A DNA stretch of 52,400 bases, taken from a virus (Duplodnaviria; Caudoviricetes). The stretch is from the IMG/VR virus record IMGVR_UViG_3300036389_000002, positions 1 to 52,400 of that record, one strand, 5' to 3'. The notes beneath the pieces are model-generated. The model was not told the origin of the DNA. It saw only the letters and a program-made list of their open reading frames with translations, and did not search any database. Of the stretch, positions 28,898 through 38,698 are shown piece by piece. A program made the position numbers and the translations under genes. Position 1 is the stretch's first letter; every line of letters begins with the position of its first letter.

Positions 28898-29160
28898 GGC
28901 ACATTCCTGATAATGTATTGAGTAGTGGTGTTTTGAGGGCTGGGACGGTTAGTCAAAGCGATCGCCCCAGCCCAACTCAAATAAATCACCAACCCTGCGC
29001 CACTAAATCCCAAAAGTGCGATAATGACTTCCTTAAGTCCTGATGAAGGAATTTCATCGCGGTAATGACGAACTATCTTATAGCGATCTCCATCCTGGCT
29101 AACAAAATGGTTGGTAACATAGACATCGGTTCTATCAACTGTCCGTCTAGTCTTGGTCAT
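28894..29160 (-). CDS. Single-TM small protein
   Basis: VIIALLGFSGAGLVIYLSWAGAIAL. Confidence 0.6.
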   Translation of the reverse strand: MTKTRRTVDRTDVYVTNHFVSQDGDRYKIVRHYRDEIPSSGLKEVIIALLGFSGAGLVIYLSWAGAIALTNRPSPQNTTTQYIIRNVP

Positions 29161-29354
29161 CGCTTCCCTCCGGTTACCGTAACTTTACGATAACGGTGAA
29201 ACTTTAATGCATTTAGTTCTTGAGTCGTAAGCTTGGTTGTTCTTTTGATAGGTTTTTGCCTGCGGCGAGGGAACTTCTCAAACAAAACAACGGCAACACT
29301 ACTAATTGAACTAAATTTCAAGTCTTGCATTGCTTGCTCTACAGTCATTTTCAT
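29157..29354 (-). CDS. Hypothetical protein
   Basis: Coupled ORF; contains palindrome copy 29173. Confidence 0.45.
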   Translation of the reverse strand: MKMTVEQAMQDLKFSSISSVAVVLFEKFPRRRQKPIKRTTKLTTQELNALKFHRYRKVTVTGGKR

Positions 29355-29356
29355 GA

Positions 29357-29638
29357 TTAATAAATAGCTGCTATTGTTTTTTCTAAAGCCCAATTAACTG
29401 CGTCTAATGGGGCAAAAACAAAAGTGTTGAGAACAAAATAAACGCTTTTGGTGAACATAGCTTTTTCCTCTTTGGTGAATGTTTTTGCAATATCTCTGAT
29501 AGCTTTTTTACCGTCTGGAAGATTGCGCAAGGAATTAATCGCTTCCATGATTTCTTTTTCTGTTAGTTCCATGATTCGCTGGCTAAGACTTTCTGTCATA
29601 GAACTTGGTTTCATCCGTGCTAAAATCTCAGCCAACAA
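29357..29638 (-). CDS. Hypothetical protein
   Basis: ORF in operon. Confidence 0.55.
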   Translation of the reverse strand: MLAEILARMKPSSMTESLSQRIMELTEKEIMEAINSLRNLPDGKKAIRDIAKTFTKEEKAMFTKSVYFVLNTFVFAPLDAVNWALEKTIAAIY

Positions 29639-29643
29639 ACCAG

Positions 29644-30210
29644 CTAGATGGAAGCGAGTGTCTGTGTCAAAAAAGCGTTAGCATCCTCCAATGCTTCCTT
29701 AGCAGTGGTAGATGCGGCGGTCGCTGTTTGCATGCGGTTACTAATGCCAACTTGCCGTTCCGCAGCTTGTTTTTTGATTGCGTCGCTTGCTTGATTTGTG
29801 CGCTCATTACTTGCGGTAAGCCGAGATTTAAGATAACCTTCCCAGATTTTTGACTTTGTGCTTTCGTAAGTCTCAATCTGTGCCAGACTGTGCATTACCG
29901 CAGTGGTAACCACATCCTTCATGTCAATGTTTCCGAGCGCTTCTATCAAGGCATATTGGGTTGCTTCTGAATTAATCATCATCTGAGCAATGCTTGCACC
30001 ATCGCCGTCTGCGGAAATCAAAGCGCCAGTTGGCATGGTGCTTGCTGCTTTGTACTCATCGACGTTTGTCATAAAAAGCTGAACCAAAGCGTCAGGTACT
30101 GGAGTATTTGCTTTCCAGTTCACGTCTGGCGCTTTGTCGGTCAGAAGAGTAATCATTTCAGCGACTGAAACGCCTGCGTAGCCTGCTAAGTCTTTAACAT
30201 TAAAGTTCAT
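29644..30210 (-). CDS. Hypothetical protein, N-terminal HTH-like
   Basis: VKDLAGYAGVSVAEMI. Confidence 0.6.
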   Translation of the reverse strand: MNFNVKDLAGYAGVSVAEMITLLTDKAPDVNWKANTPVPDALVQLFMTNVDEYKAASTMPTGALISADGDGASIAQMMINSEATQYALIEALGNIDMKDVVTTAVMHSLAQIETYESTKSKIWEGYLKSRLTASNERTNQASDAIKKQAAERQVGISNRMQTATAASTTAKEALEDANAFLTQTLASI

Positions 30211-30593
30211 GCTGTTTTTTCCTGAATAATATTGTGAAGTACGTCAAATCTTGCTTTTGAATACCACTTTGCGGTGGATTCTCCGGTAATGTAAGCGCGG
30301 GTTCTATCAGCAGAACGCACGCGCTTCATTGTTTCTTGTATCCTGCTGACAAACCAGATTTGATAAGGGCTTAATGGCGCTTGCCTATCAAAAGCACCTT
30401 CTTCATCTCTAGGTGTGTCGTTTCTAAAACTAGGACTAGATCGCCATGCGAGATCGCACCAAGCGACAACACTAGTCCGAGAGCAATTTAGCAAAGCTGC
30501 TAATTCTTTTTTAGTCAGCGAGTAATCACAGTAAATTGATAAAGCATCTAATTCCTCGCCTAAAGTTAAAATCTTGAGCTTAGTTGCTGCCAC
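30207..30593 (-). CDS. HTH DNA-binding protein
   Basis: TKKELAALLNCSRTSV. Confidence 0.65.
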   Translation of the reverse strand: MAATKLKILTLGEELDALSIYCDYSLTKKELAALLNCSRTSVVAWCDLAWRSSPSFRNDTPRDEEGAFDRQAPLSPYQIWFVSRIQETMKRVRSADRTRAYITGESTAKWYSKARFDVLHNIIQEKTA

Positions 30594-30840
30594 ATTTCCT
30601 ATGCAATTTTCAAGGTTTGTTGCAGGCAGTTAGTTGTACAGTATCGTTGCGTTCAGTTGGTCAGTCGCTCGTCTGTTTAGTTGACTGCCTACAAAAATTA
30701 ATATAACGTACTTTAAAAAGTACCGTCAAGTCCTTTTCAAAGTACTTTTTTGTATAAAGTAAAAATACTCAAAAAATTTAGCCGCGAGAAGCGTCGCGGC
30801 TAAGATAATAATGTTGATATGAAAACAAGCAGGATGTTTT

Positions 30841-31227
30841 ATGTCATTTAGACCAGACCAACTACACCCTAATATTATCAAGATTACGCCTAGGCGCGGA
30901 ATCTTTGGTCAAAATCTTGCCGTTTGGTCAACTGGACATGATTATCCAATTGCCACTTTTATGTGGAATATCATCGCTTCTAAGGCTGCGTCAAACCAAG
31001 CTGAGATTGAACAGATAGTGCGAGCACGAATGGAGATTACTGGTGAAAATTTTTTGGAGGCTTATAATGCATTGGTTTTAGAATCTGGCATGTTTCGCTT
31101 ATCCGAAAATGAAAACACCAATGATACCTTGGTTATGAATGCGGAGCTAGTCCAAGCGATTCGAGATGCTGCTGCTGCCGAAGGAATAAGTACTGCGGAT
31201 TTTCTTAAACAGCGGCTAGGCTTGTAA
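30841..31227 (+). CDS. Divergent putative regulator
   Basis: Lone rightward gene; RHH-like C-terminus AIRDAAAAEGISTADFL. Confidence 0.55.
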   Translation: MSFRPDQLHPNIIKITPRRGIFGQNLAVWSTGHDYPIATFMWNIIASKAASNQAEIEQIVRARMEITGENFLEAYNALVLESGMFRLSENENTNDTLVMNAELVQAIRDAAAAEGISTADFLKQRLGL

Positions 31228-31380
31228 AATAATTTATTTTCAGCACGATATTGCGGACTGCCTTTTTTTTATCAGCAGTCCTTTTTTAACACTTAAAAAA
31301 AAGATGTGCATTTTGTCATAGAATGCACATTTGGTGGATATTAACAACTATCGTAAGTTCAGTCCTTCGTTACGGTAACG

Positions 31381-31560
31381 TTACGGTAACCGAGGGCTAT
31401 TTTTTTCTGAGTGAGCAAATTCCTTATAAGTGATCCGAATGGATTCACGAACAAGATCCGTAATACTGCGCCCAGTTTTTTCGCTGACAGCAGCAAGAAG
31501 TTCCATCTCAATTTTTGCTAAATTGATTGTGAGTCGTTTACTAACCCATTGCTTTGACAT
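31381..31560 (-). CDS. CopG/RHH protein
   Basis: RLTINL...KTGRSITDLVRE. Confidence 0.75.
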   Translation of the reverse strand: MSKQWVSKRLTINLAKIEMELLAAVSEKTGRSITDLVRESIRITYKEFAHSEKNSPRLP

Positions 31561-31911
31561 GTGTTTCCTGCTCCATTTCGTGTATATTATGTATTGCGCG
31601 GAGAACTGTGCCATTTTGTTTAAATAGCTGAAAAAAACCACTGTAATTAGTACCAAGATAGAAGATTCTAGACCCTGGCACGGGTTTATCACTAGTTGTG
31701 CCGTCTGCGTTGATGAATGCGATGCGATCGCAATCCACAAAAAAGCACTCTCGCGTTAGCAATTTAAAGCCATCGCTGTCACCTTTACCTAGGACTAAAC
31801 CTAAGGAAGTTCTGGCAGTGTTGAAAAATGCGCCGGAAGCCTACACCTATCTGAGTACAGATAAGGTGTAGGTAGTTCACAAGATGTAAGAACCTCAAAA
31901 TCCGTAGGCAT
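31541..31911 (-). pseudogene. Remnant of Dam-like N6-adenine methyltransferase
   Basis: Start MPTDFEVLTS cut at 31880; C-terminal RIAFIN..G...PGSRIFYLG.N...F..LF. Confidence 0.5.
31836..31880 (+). mobile_element. Isolated IS200/IS605 right-end scar
   Basis: GAAGCCTACACC-loop-GGTGTAGGTAGTTCAC, same layout as the end at 38566-38611. Confidence 0.6.
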
Positions 31912-31913
31912 CG

Positions 31914-32138
31914 TTATTTTGCTCCCCATGCATTAATTAATTCTTCAAGCACTTTTAATTCAGCGGCAAGTCTAGAAACCTCGCTGGACACTGATCTCAT
32001 GGCTTGACCAACCGTAAAATAATCGCCATCTTCGTTAATAGCTTTTAACTCTCTAGCGATCATGCTTCCCAAATTTTGCAACTCTCGCTTGTACTCTCTA
32101 AGAGTTGCTTTTCTTTTGTTACTAACTGGTAAATCCAT
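31914..32138 (-). CDS. Hypothetical protein
   Basis: Coupled to helicase stop. Confidence 0.6.
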   Translation of the reverse strand: MDLPVSNKRKATLREYKRELQNLGSMIARELKAINEDGDYFTVGQAMRSVSSEVSRLAAELKVLEELINAWGAK

Positions 32139-34859
32139 CTAACAAAGCTCTAATTGCATAGAAATAACTGGCACAGAAAGCGTTTCTGAGGTATTAGGCA
32201 ACTTACTCCAATCAATGTCCTCTAATATGGCAATGCCACCTACATTGTCATAAACTGGTCTATTCGGGAGAAAGTAAAGCTTTTCTTTTGACCTGGTTAT
32301 AGCAACATATACCAAATTCTCTTCTTGTATTTCTTGGTTAGAATCATCCCGCTCTGGCGGCAATTCATCACTTGCAATCAGCCAGACAGTCTGTGCTTCG
32401 TCACCTTTGGCTCTGTGGATTGTAGAAAGGATAACACACTCAGACGTAGAATCCACAACAAAAAGTTCCAGGATGCGATCGCAGAACTGATGAATAGTTG
32501 CACACTGATTGCCAAAAGAATCATAACAAGACTGCAACGCATGAGCAGTGTCGGTCATGGTGTCCGCCATCAAATCATCGTCTGCATTTTCAATTGCAGA
32601 CTCAAGCCACTCATGCAAATGATAAGTAAATCGTGCCATTGGGTGATGCCCAAGAACATCCTGCGCCGTTGAACACAAACCTTCTGCAATATCTTTGCCC
32701 CTAATTTGCGCTTTAACGCCTCTCAACACCAAGTCAATGCAGGTTCGTACCAGTGGTGCGGTCATTCGGCTAAGGATCAAATCGTCGGCACGCACGTTCT
32801 CATAAAAGAATGCGTGGTCAATCGTCTGCATAACTCCTTTGATCGCATCTGGCTTAGCCTGAATGTATGGTATAATTTGCCGTGCCAGTTCAATGTGTGA
32901 ACTTGGACATCGATAAGAAACAGGCAAAGGTAACTGTACGCAATTGAATTCACTTCTAAGCATAGGAAAAGCATCCGCAAGCGCACCAGCAAAGCTAAAA
33001 ATAGATTGTCTTTCATCACCCACAACAATTATGCGTGCGCCATCTTGTACAAACTTCCTATACAAAGACTGCATAACTGCATTGGTATCTTGGGCTTCAT
33101 CTACCATCAAAATCTGGACTTTGCCTAATGGGGATAGCTGCCACTGATGAGGTATGTACAACAAGTCGTCAAAATCGAAAATTGCTTTTTCGCTGGCTTG
33201 TTTGTTGCCCTTGATTATGCAATCCATCGCTAACTTAATTGCAAAGAATTTTAAATTCCCAGGAATAACAACTCCATACTCTCTAAGCGCTTCTGCTATT
33301 TCTCGAAATTTAAAGACTGGCAAAGCAATTCTAATAATGTGGCATACGCTGTAGATTGCTTTTGTTAAACTTCTGAGCGCTTTTTCGTCTGAATTATTGA
33401 AAGAATAATCTGCTGTTCCTTGTGATATTTCGCGGATCATGTTTTGAATAGCAGAGTGCGCTAGCTTCCAATACTTATCGTTATCAATTAACAAACCTCC
33501 TTCAAAGCTATGAGTTGCTTTCATACACATTGCATACCCATAGCCGTGTGCCGTCCCTACCTTTACTCTACTTGGCACTTCCTTTTCTAGCTTGTCAGCG
33601 ACCGATTTGTTAAAACAAAAGATTCTGATTTTTGTGTTGCTGGGTAGCCAGTGAACTATTCCCTTGAGAGTTGAAGTATTATGAGTAACGGTAAAATCAG
33701 ACAACAAAAATCTCCCGTTTCCATCAAGAGTAAATCCAAAATATTCACCCTTACCAATTGGCTCTACTGTAATACCTGTACGCAAAACATCCTTGCATTG
33801 TTTGCGCTTTGGCACTTGTCTGTACAAAGATGGAATCAGAGAAACATCACCACTGATAGTAATTCTGTAATAGTTCCTTGGTTCACTCCATCCTGCAAGC
33901 TTAACCGATTTGATTGAACTATAAGCAGCAAACCCAAGGGAGCGAGCCAAAAAAAGGATATCTTTGTTTAATTGAGCGTACTTGGTGACAATCTCGTAGT
34001 ATCCACTGTGGTAATAACCATCTGTGTCTAATAACCCAGCTAACAATTTAAGTCGATTAACTCTGCTAGCGACTAAATATTCATGAGGTATCTGCTTTTG
34101 AAAATCTTCACTAACAAAATCATGCAACACTTGCTTCAAATAATTAGATTCGTACTTGCCGCGCTTATAGCCTTCAGTAAACTTGAATCTAACTCGAATG
34201 CAATTACCTTTTTGTGGCACATGAGTTGTCTCTAACCCATACCGTAAAGCGATCGCATCACAATATCTAATCACCTCTTGATTATTATCTGTTATCACTA
34301 TTGCACCAGATGAATTAGGCTTGACCACGTCCCCATCACCTAGCCATAATCCACAAAAATAAGGGTCTAAAGGCAGTTCTTCTGGGTCTTCAAAATCAAC
34401 ACCAACTCTAATTTGCTTCCAGTATCTGCGAAATCTTTCCTCCGAAGCTAAATATTCTGGTAAAGAGATATCAAACACCTCGTTATCTCCTATTTTCCGT
34501 CCGTAACCAGTAATCGCAGATCGACGTGAATTAACTAAAGTCAGAATGTGCTGTGAATTACAAACCCAAGAGTCACCTTTAACTGGGGTAATTTTGTACA
34601 ATTCATCAACCCCAAATGTTACACCTTGAACGCGGCGCAATGTGCCATCGTCGCCCATAAGTGCATAACCGTTTTTAACGTCTTCAACATTAATAGAAAA
34701 ACCATTGTACATCAACACTTTGGTTCCTCTTCCCAAACACTTCCCAGACCCGGCGCAGGCTTGCACTGCAATGTTGCGATCGCCTTGAACAACCTCTCTA
34801 AACACATCGCGCTGATATTTTGACCAGGCAAAATTACGGTAATAATTTCTATCTTTCAT
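32139..34859 (-). CDS. UvrD/SF1 helicase with intein
   Basis: AGSGK|T, VDEAQD, VGDERQSI, SYRCP, STIHRAKG, YVAITR. Confidence 0.92.
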   Translation of the reverse strand: MKDRNYYRNFAWSKYQRDVFREVVQGDRNIAVQACAGSGKCLGRGTKVLMYNGFSINVEDVKNGYALMGDDGTLRRVQGVTFGVDELYKITPVKGDSWVCNSQHILTLVNSRRSAITGYGRKIGDNEVFDISLPEYLASEERFRRYWKQIRVGVDFEDPEELPLDPYFCGLWLGDGDVVKPNSSGAIVITDNNQEVIRYCDAIALRYGLETTHVPQKGNCIRVRFKFTEGYKRGKYESNYLKQVLHDFVSEDFQKQIPHEYLVASRVNRLKLLAGLLDTDGYYHSGYYEIVTKYAQLNKDILFLARSLGFAAYSSIKSVKLAGWSEPRNYYRITISGDVSLIPSLYRQVPKRKQCKDVLRTGITVEPIGKGEYFGFTLDGNGRFLLSDFTVTHNTSTLKGIVHWLPSNTKIRIFCFNKSVADKLEKEVPSRVKVGTAHGYGYAMCMKATHSFEGGLLIDNDKYWKLAHSAIQNMIREISQGTADYSFNNSDEKALRSLTKAIYSVCHIIRIALPVFKFREIAEALREYGVVIPGNLKFFAIKLAMDCIIKGNKQASEKAIFDFDDLLYIPHQWQLSPLGKVQILMVDEAQDTNAVMQSLYRKFVQDGARIIVVGDERQSIFSFAGALADAFPMLRSEFNCVQLPLPVSYRCPSSHIELARQIIPYIQAKPDAIKGVMQTIDHAFFYENVRADDLILSRMTAPLVRTCIDLVLRGVKAQIRGKDIAEGLCSTAQDVLGHHPMARFTYHLHEWLESAIENADDDLMADTMTDTAHALQSCYDSFGNQCATIHQFCDRILELFVVDSTSECVILSTIHRAKGDEAQTVWLIASDELPPERDDSNQEIQEENLVYVAITRSKEKLYFLPNRPVYDNVGGIAILEDIDWSKLPNTSETLSVPVISMQLELC
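33678..34739 (-). mobile_element. 354-aa cis intein with LAGLIDADG endonuclease
   Basis: CLGRGT...VTHN/T in Walker A; GLWLGDG and LAGLLDTDG blocks. Confidence 0.92.
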
Positions 34860-34908
34860 GTTTCCCCTTGGTTACCGTAAAGTTACGGTAACCAGAAAGT
34901 ACGTCTAA

Positions 34909-35130
34909 TTATTCGTGAATTAAAGCAATCAAGTGCTTTGCAAATGCAGCTCCTACCTCAGCACGATACTTTTTTCCACTTGCCATAGTAATAAGCAAAA
35001 AAGTTTTATCTTGGTCTTCATAAGAGGAGCCGCATTTATTGCCTGGTAACTGGCAAATGGAGCAGATCATATCAAGATTAACTGTTAAGTTTTTGCTGAT
35101 TTTGTACGTTGCATTCGCTCTCTTGGGCAA
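34909..35130 (-). CDS. Hypothetical protein
   Basis: ORF only. Confidence 0.4.
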   Translation of the reverse strand: MPKRANATYKISKNLTVNLDMICSICQLPGNKCGSSYEDQDKTFLLITMASGKKYRAEVGAAFAKHLIALIHE

Positions 35131-35286
35131 TGTATGCCCACAATTTCACATTTTTATAAAGAATGTCAACCATCTATTGACGTTTTCTCTTTGCGGTGTT
35201 TCTATTGTGTGTGTGGGGCTATTAGTCTACAAAAAGTATATTGATAGGCTGTCACATGCATCTTTTCTGGTTATCGTAAAATTACG

Positions 35287-36168
35287 CTAACCAGCAGATG
35301 CAGTATTTTTAACTTCATGAAACCAAGCCAACACGCCTTCTCCCCAGCGTTGCCCAGCAGCCTCAAAATTGGTCACCTTGTCTTGGTAACTTTGTGCTGC
35401 CAACTGTCTGGTGTAGTAAATTCCTTGGCTGAATCCAAAGTCGCCAGCCATGTCATAAACTAACTTTCTGAGTTTGTCGGGTGCTAAGTGCCCAGGCTGC
35501 TCGCCTCCATAAGCACGGCACTGAGCCACAATCCATGCTGGTTCGTGTCCTGAGATTGCGCGAAGTCTTTTAATAAAAGCATTGTGCTGTGGATACAGGA
35601 CCTGCTTTGGTTGCACAAAAGGGAGGATATTCTTAGGTTTTGACGCATCAAATTTCTCTAAAATCATTTGAGCGCACGGTAGCAGTTGCTCACTTTCTAC
35701 GAGTGGCGCTTTGATGTAATTAGGCGCGTACACTCTGCACCACACAATGCTTTCATCGTCCCCAGGTACAAAAGCAAGAGTAAGCAATTGTTCAGAAATA
35801 TTTTCTATTGCCAGCAAGCTTCCAAGTAAAGATTTAGAAAAGCAAGTATCAAGTCCGGACGACAATACATAGGCGTCATCTCCTGCTTGCAAAGTGATAT
35901 TTAACTTTTCTGTCTCTTTGTTCCGCCTCATAACTTTATCTACCGCTACGTGGATGATATATCCGGTAAAACTCTTCTGTTTCATAATCACCTGTTGATT
36001 TTTGGAGTCCAGCTTGTAAAGGCAATCATTTCCGTTGCGACCAACAAACACCCACTCTTTGAGACCTGGAGGGCGATCATTGAAGCCCAGCGATCGCTTG
36101 CTGGTGCTTTCTACCAATTGCTTGAGTAGTTTATTCTGCTCGCTTAAAAGCTTTATAAGTTCTTCCAT
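35287..36168 (-). CDS. Hypothetical protein (replication/recombination region)
   Basis: 293-aa ORF. Confidence 0.7.
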   Translation of the reverse strand: MEELIKLLSEQNKLLKQLVESTSKRSLGFNDRPPGLKEWVFVGRNGNDCLYKLDSKNQQVIMKQKSFTGYIIHVAVDKVMRRNKETEKLNITLQAGDDAYVLSSGLDTCFSKSLLGSLLAIENISEQLLTLAFVPGDDESIVWCRVYAPNYIKAPLVESEQLLPCAQMILEKFDASKPKNILPFVQPKQVLYPQHNAFIKRLRAISGHEPAWIVAQCRAYGGEQPGHLAPDKLRKLVYDMAGDFGFSQGIYYTRQLAAQSYQDKVTNFEAAGQRWGEGVLAWFHEVKNTASAG

Positions 36169-36297
36169 CTGTTTTCTTGGCTAAGTGGTTCCATATTACC
36201 GTTGCTGCCTTCACGTGTCAATGTGGGCATATTGACACGTGCGCCAAGATGAGAAATAATTATGTTAATGTGGTCATAGACAGTATCTAAAAAAAGT

Positions 36298-36528
36298 ATG
36301 GCATTAAAACAAATTACAGTCCGCCCAAGTTTAGCGGAATACAAAGCCCTTGAAAACTGGCGAATATTAAATGAACAGCCCACGGAATCGGCTGCAATGT
36401 CTGAGTTGCTACGTAGGTTTTTCGACGGAGGCTACAGAAGAAGCTCAAAATATCGCATAACCAAAGTCAGAAAGGAGCTAGAGGCATTATTATCTGAGTC
36501 TTCTAAAGCAAAAAAAAATAACACTTAA
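36298..36528 (+). CDS. RHH-like regulator
   Basis: KQITVRP...SAAMSELLRRF. Confidence 0.6.
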   Translation: MALKQITVRPSLAEYKALENWRILNEQPTESAAMSELLRRFFDGGYRRSSKYRITKVRKELEALLSESSKAKKNNT

Positions 36529-36557
36529 TTTAATAATTTATACAAGGAGGCACTAAA

Positions 36558-36857
36558 ATGAATACACGTAAATCCACAAAAGAACCAAACCCGTTAAAAC
36601 CTAAAGTACAAGGATTAACTTACGCAGAACAGCAAACCAGAAAGCTAAGGATAGCTGCATATGTAGATGAAGATCTATTAGCGCAGCTAGATGATTGGTG
36701 CAAACAAAATAACAAGGATCGCGGTGCCGCAATGCGTTATATTATGCGTACCATGCTAAATGTTCAAGATAATGCGGATGATACTGCTGTTAACCAATGT
36801 ATTTCTATATTGGAAGAATTGACAGATCGCATCCGCTTATCGAACGCGACCTGCTAA
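36558..36857 (+). CDS. RHH-like regulator
   Basis: RIAAYVDEDLLAQLDDWC...RGAAMRYIM; SD AAGGAGG. Confidence 0.7.
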   Translation: MNTRKSTKEPNPLKPKVQGLTYAEQQTRKLRIAAYVDEDLLAQLDDWCKQNNKDRGAAMRYIMRTMLNVQDNADDTAVNQCISILEELTDRIRLSNATC

Positions 36858-37176
36858 AAATCGTTAAACATTCAAGTGTAAGTCGTTAATTTCTATTTAA
36901 CCATAGAGTTCCGCCTGGTTGCAGTAACGTTACGGTAACAAGGGGGATTTTTTTTGGATGTAGAATATGTTGATACGACAAAGCGCAGTACTTATGGCAC
37001 TGCGCTTGAAAAAAAGGAAGTAAAATTATGATTAATATTGAATTTTTGTAGCAGCAGCCCCGCGCTCTACCCGAAGGGTGAGCGTCGGGAAGAATGCGAG
37101 CAAGGTGAGGAGGGTGGGTCAAGCAATGCCGAAAGAAAGTCGCGCGAGTGCGACCCACGCCGACGAGACGAGCAAC

Positions 37177-37308
37177 TCACTCCGGTAATGAACGAATAAA
37201 TTCCCGCAAAACATCCGTGATGGATCTTCCGGTTTTTTGGCAATAGGAATCCAGTCGATCTTTTTCGGTCTTAGGGAGTCGAATCTGGATTGTTTCTTTG
37301 CTAAACAT
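37177..37308 (-). CDS. 43-aa CopG/RHH protein inside the IS (not in ORF track)
   Basis: MFSKETIQIRLPKTEKDRLDSYCQKTGRSITDVLREFIRSLPE. Confidence 0.75.
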   Translation of the reverse strand: MFSKETIQIRLPKTEKDRLDSYCQKTGRSITDVLREFIRSLPE

Positions 37309-37363
37309 AATTGCGATGTATGGATATATGCACTACAATGCTATCACAGCATTCATTTTTCCC

Positions 37364-38587
37364 ATGCGAACCGCCTACCAGTACCGATTACGTCTGACGA
37401 AGTTGCAACAATCCACAATTGATCAATGGATTGAACTTGCTCGTCGTCAATACAACTATCGGCTGGCAGAGCGGTTCAAGTGGTACGAACAAAATCGCTG
37501 TGATGTTGATGCATGCCCCCTCATTTGCCACTTAAGCGAGTTGAAAGATCGTCCCGATTTCTATGCTCAGAAACGGGACTTGGTGAACTCTAAAAAGCTG
37601 TTTCCTGAATACAAAGACCTTCCGTCTCACACCTTGCAAGATGTTATTGCACGGGTAGAGAAAGCTTTTGACCGATGGTTAAGCGGTGATAGTAACGGCT
37701 CTCGTTGCGGTAAGCCACGATTCAAGGGACAAGGACGATTTCGTTCAATTGCATTCCCAGATCCAGTCAAACCAGAACACATCAACGGGCGGTTTATTCA
37801 ACTTCCAAAAATTGGCAAGCTGAAAATGATTCAGCACCGTCCTTTACCTGATGGCTTCAAGGTGAAGACGGCTGCAATTATCAAAAAAGTAGACGGATAT
37901 TACATCACGTTGTCGCTTCAAGAGTCGTCTGTTCCCGTTCTTACTCCTGATGCCCCAACACTGAAAAACACCATTGGCATCGACGTGGGATTAAAGTCGT
38001 TTCTGGTAGACGATTCAGGGGAAGAAATAGAAATTTCTCAGCATTATCGCAAAGCAGAAAAGTATCTAAAGCGAGTACAGCGTTCACTTTCCCGCAAAAA
38101 GAAGGGGTCTAATCGTCGCAAGAAAGCGATTAAGCGAGTTGCCAAAGCTCATTTAAAAGTCAGCAACAAACGGAAAGACTTTCATTACAAAGCCGCTCAG
38201 AAGCTTTTACAACAAGGAAAACACGTTGCTCATGAAAAACTAAATATTAAAGGTCTAGCCAAGTCTCGACTTGCAAAATCAGTTAACGACGCTGGATGGG
38301 GTCAATTCTTGCAAATTCTTTCAATCAAAGCTGAAAAAGCTGGATTGCTTGCAATTGCTGTACCTCCTGGTGGCACTTCTCAAAATTGCTCTGGATGCGG
38401 TATAAAAGTTCCGAAAGAACTGAAGGACAGAATTCACGCTTGTCCTCAATGCGGACTGACGCTTGACCGTGACCACAATGCAGCGATTAATATCAAGTAT
38501 TTGGCGGTAGGGCATTCCGTCAATAAAGCTCATCTAACGTCCGAAGCAATAGCTGGAGTCGATGAGAAGCCCGCTCTGTATGCGTAA
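37364..38587 (+). CDS. tnpB: RNA-guided nuclease TnpB
   Basis: GIDVG, HEKLN, CSGC/CPQC, DRDHNAAINI. Confidence 0.93.
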   Translation: MRTAYQYRLRLTKLQQSTIDQWIELARRQYNYRLAERFKWYEQNRCDVDACPLICHLSELKDRPDFYAQKRDLVNSKKLFPEYKDLPSHTLQDVIARVEKAFDRWLSGDSNGSRCGKPRFKGQGRFRSIAFPDPVKPEHINGRFIQLPKIGKLKMIQHRPLPDGFKVKTAAIIKKVDGYYITLSLQESSVPVLTPDAPTLKNTIGIDVGLKSFLVDDSGEEIEISQHYRKAEKYLKRVQRSLSRKKKGSNRRKKAIKRVAKAHLKVSNKRKDFHYKAAQKLLQQGKHVAHEKLNIKGLAKSRLAKSVNDAGWGQFLQILSIKAEKAGLLAIAVPPGGTSQNCSGCGIKVPKELKDRIHACPQCGLTLDRDHNAAINIKYLAVGHSVNKAHLTSEAIAGVDEKPALYA

Positions 38588-38698
38588 GCATCAGAGTCGG
38601 GAGTATGTCACTGAATTGACGATAAGAGCAAGCTCGTTTGCAAAATCAACAATTCAGACTATTAATCACATTAAATATTACATAGAATAGATTATATA

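Larger units (their letters stand above)
37040..38611 (+). mobile_element. IS200/IS605-family (IS1341-like, tnpB-only) element; left end approximate
   Basis: Left hairpin CCCCGCGCTC...GAGCGTCGGG; right hairpin ending GTCAC; no tnpA. Confidence 0.8.

Noticed and set aside
30700-30750. GTAC dyads as a cyanobacterial LexA box
   Set aside because: Spacing is N8 rather than the N4 expected; possibly a local operator but unsupported
31381-31880. RHH plus IS end as a non-autonomous MITE like the 37-kb IS
   Set aside because: Intervening DNA reads as a Dam-like C-terminus and the RHH is coupled within the phage operon; no left end found
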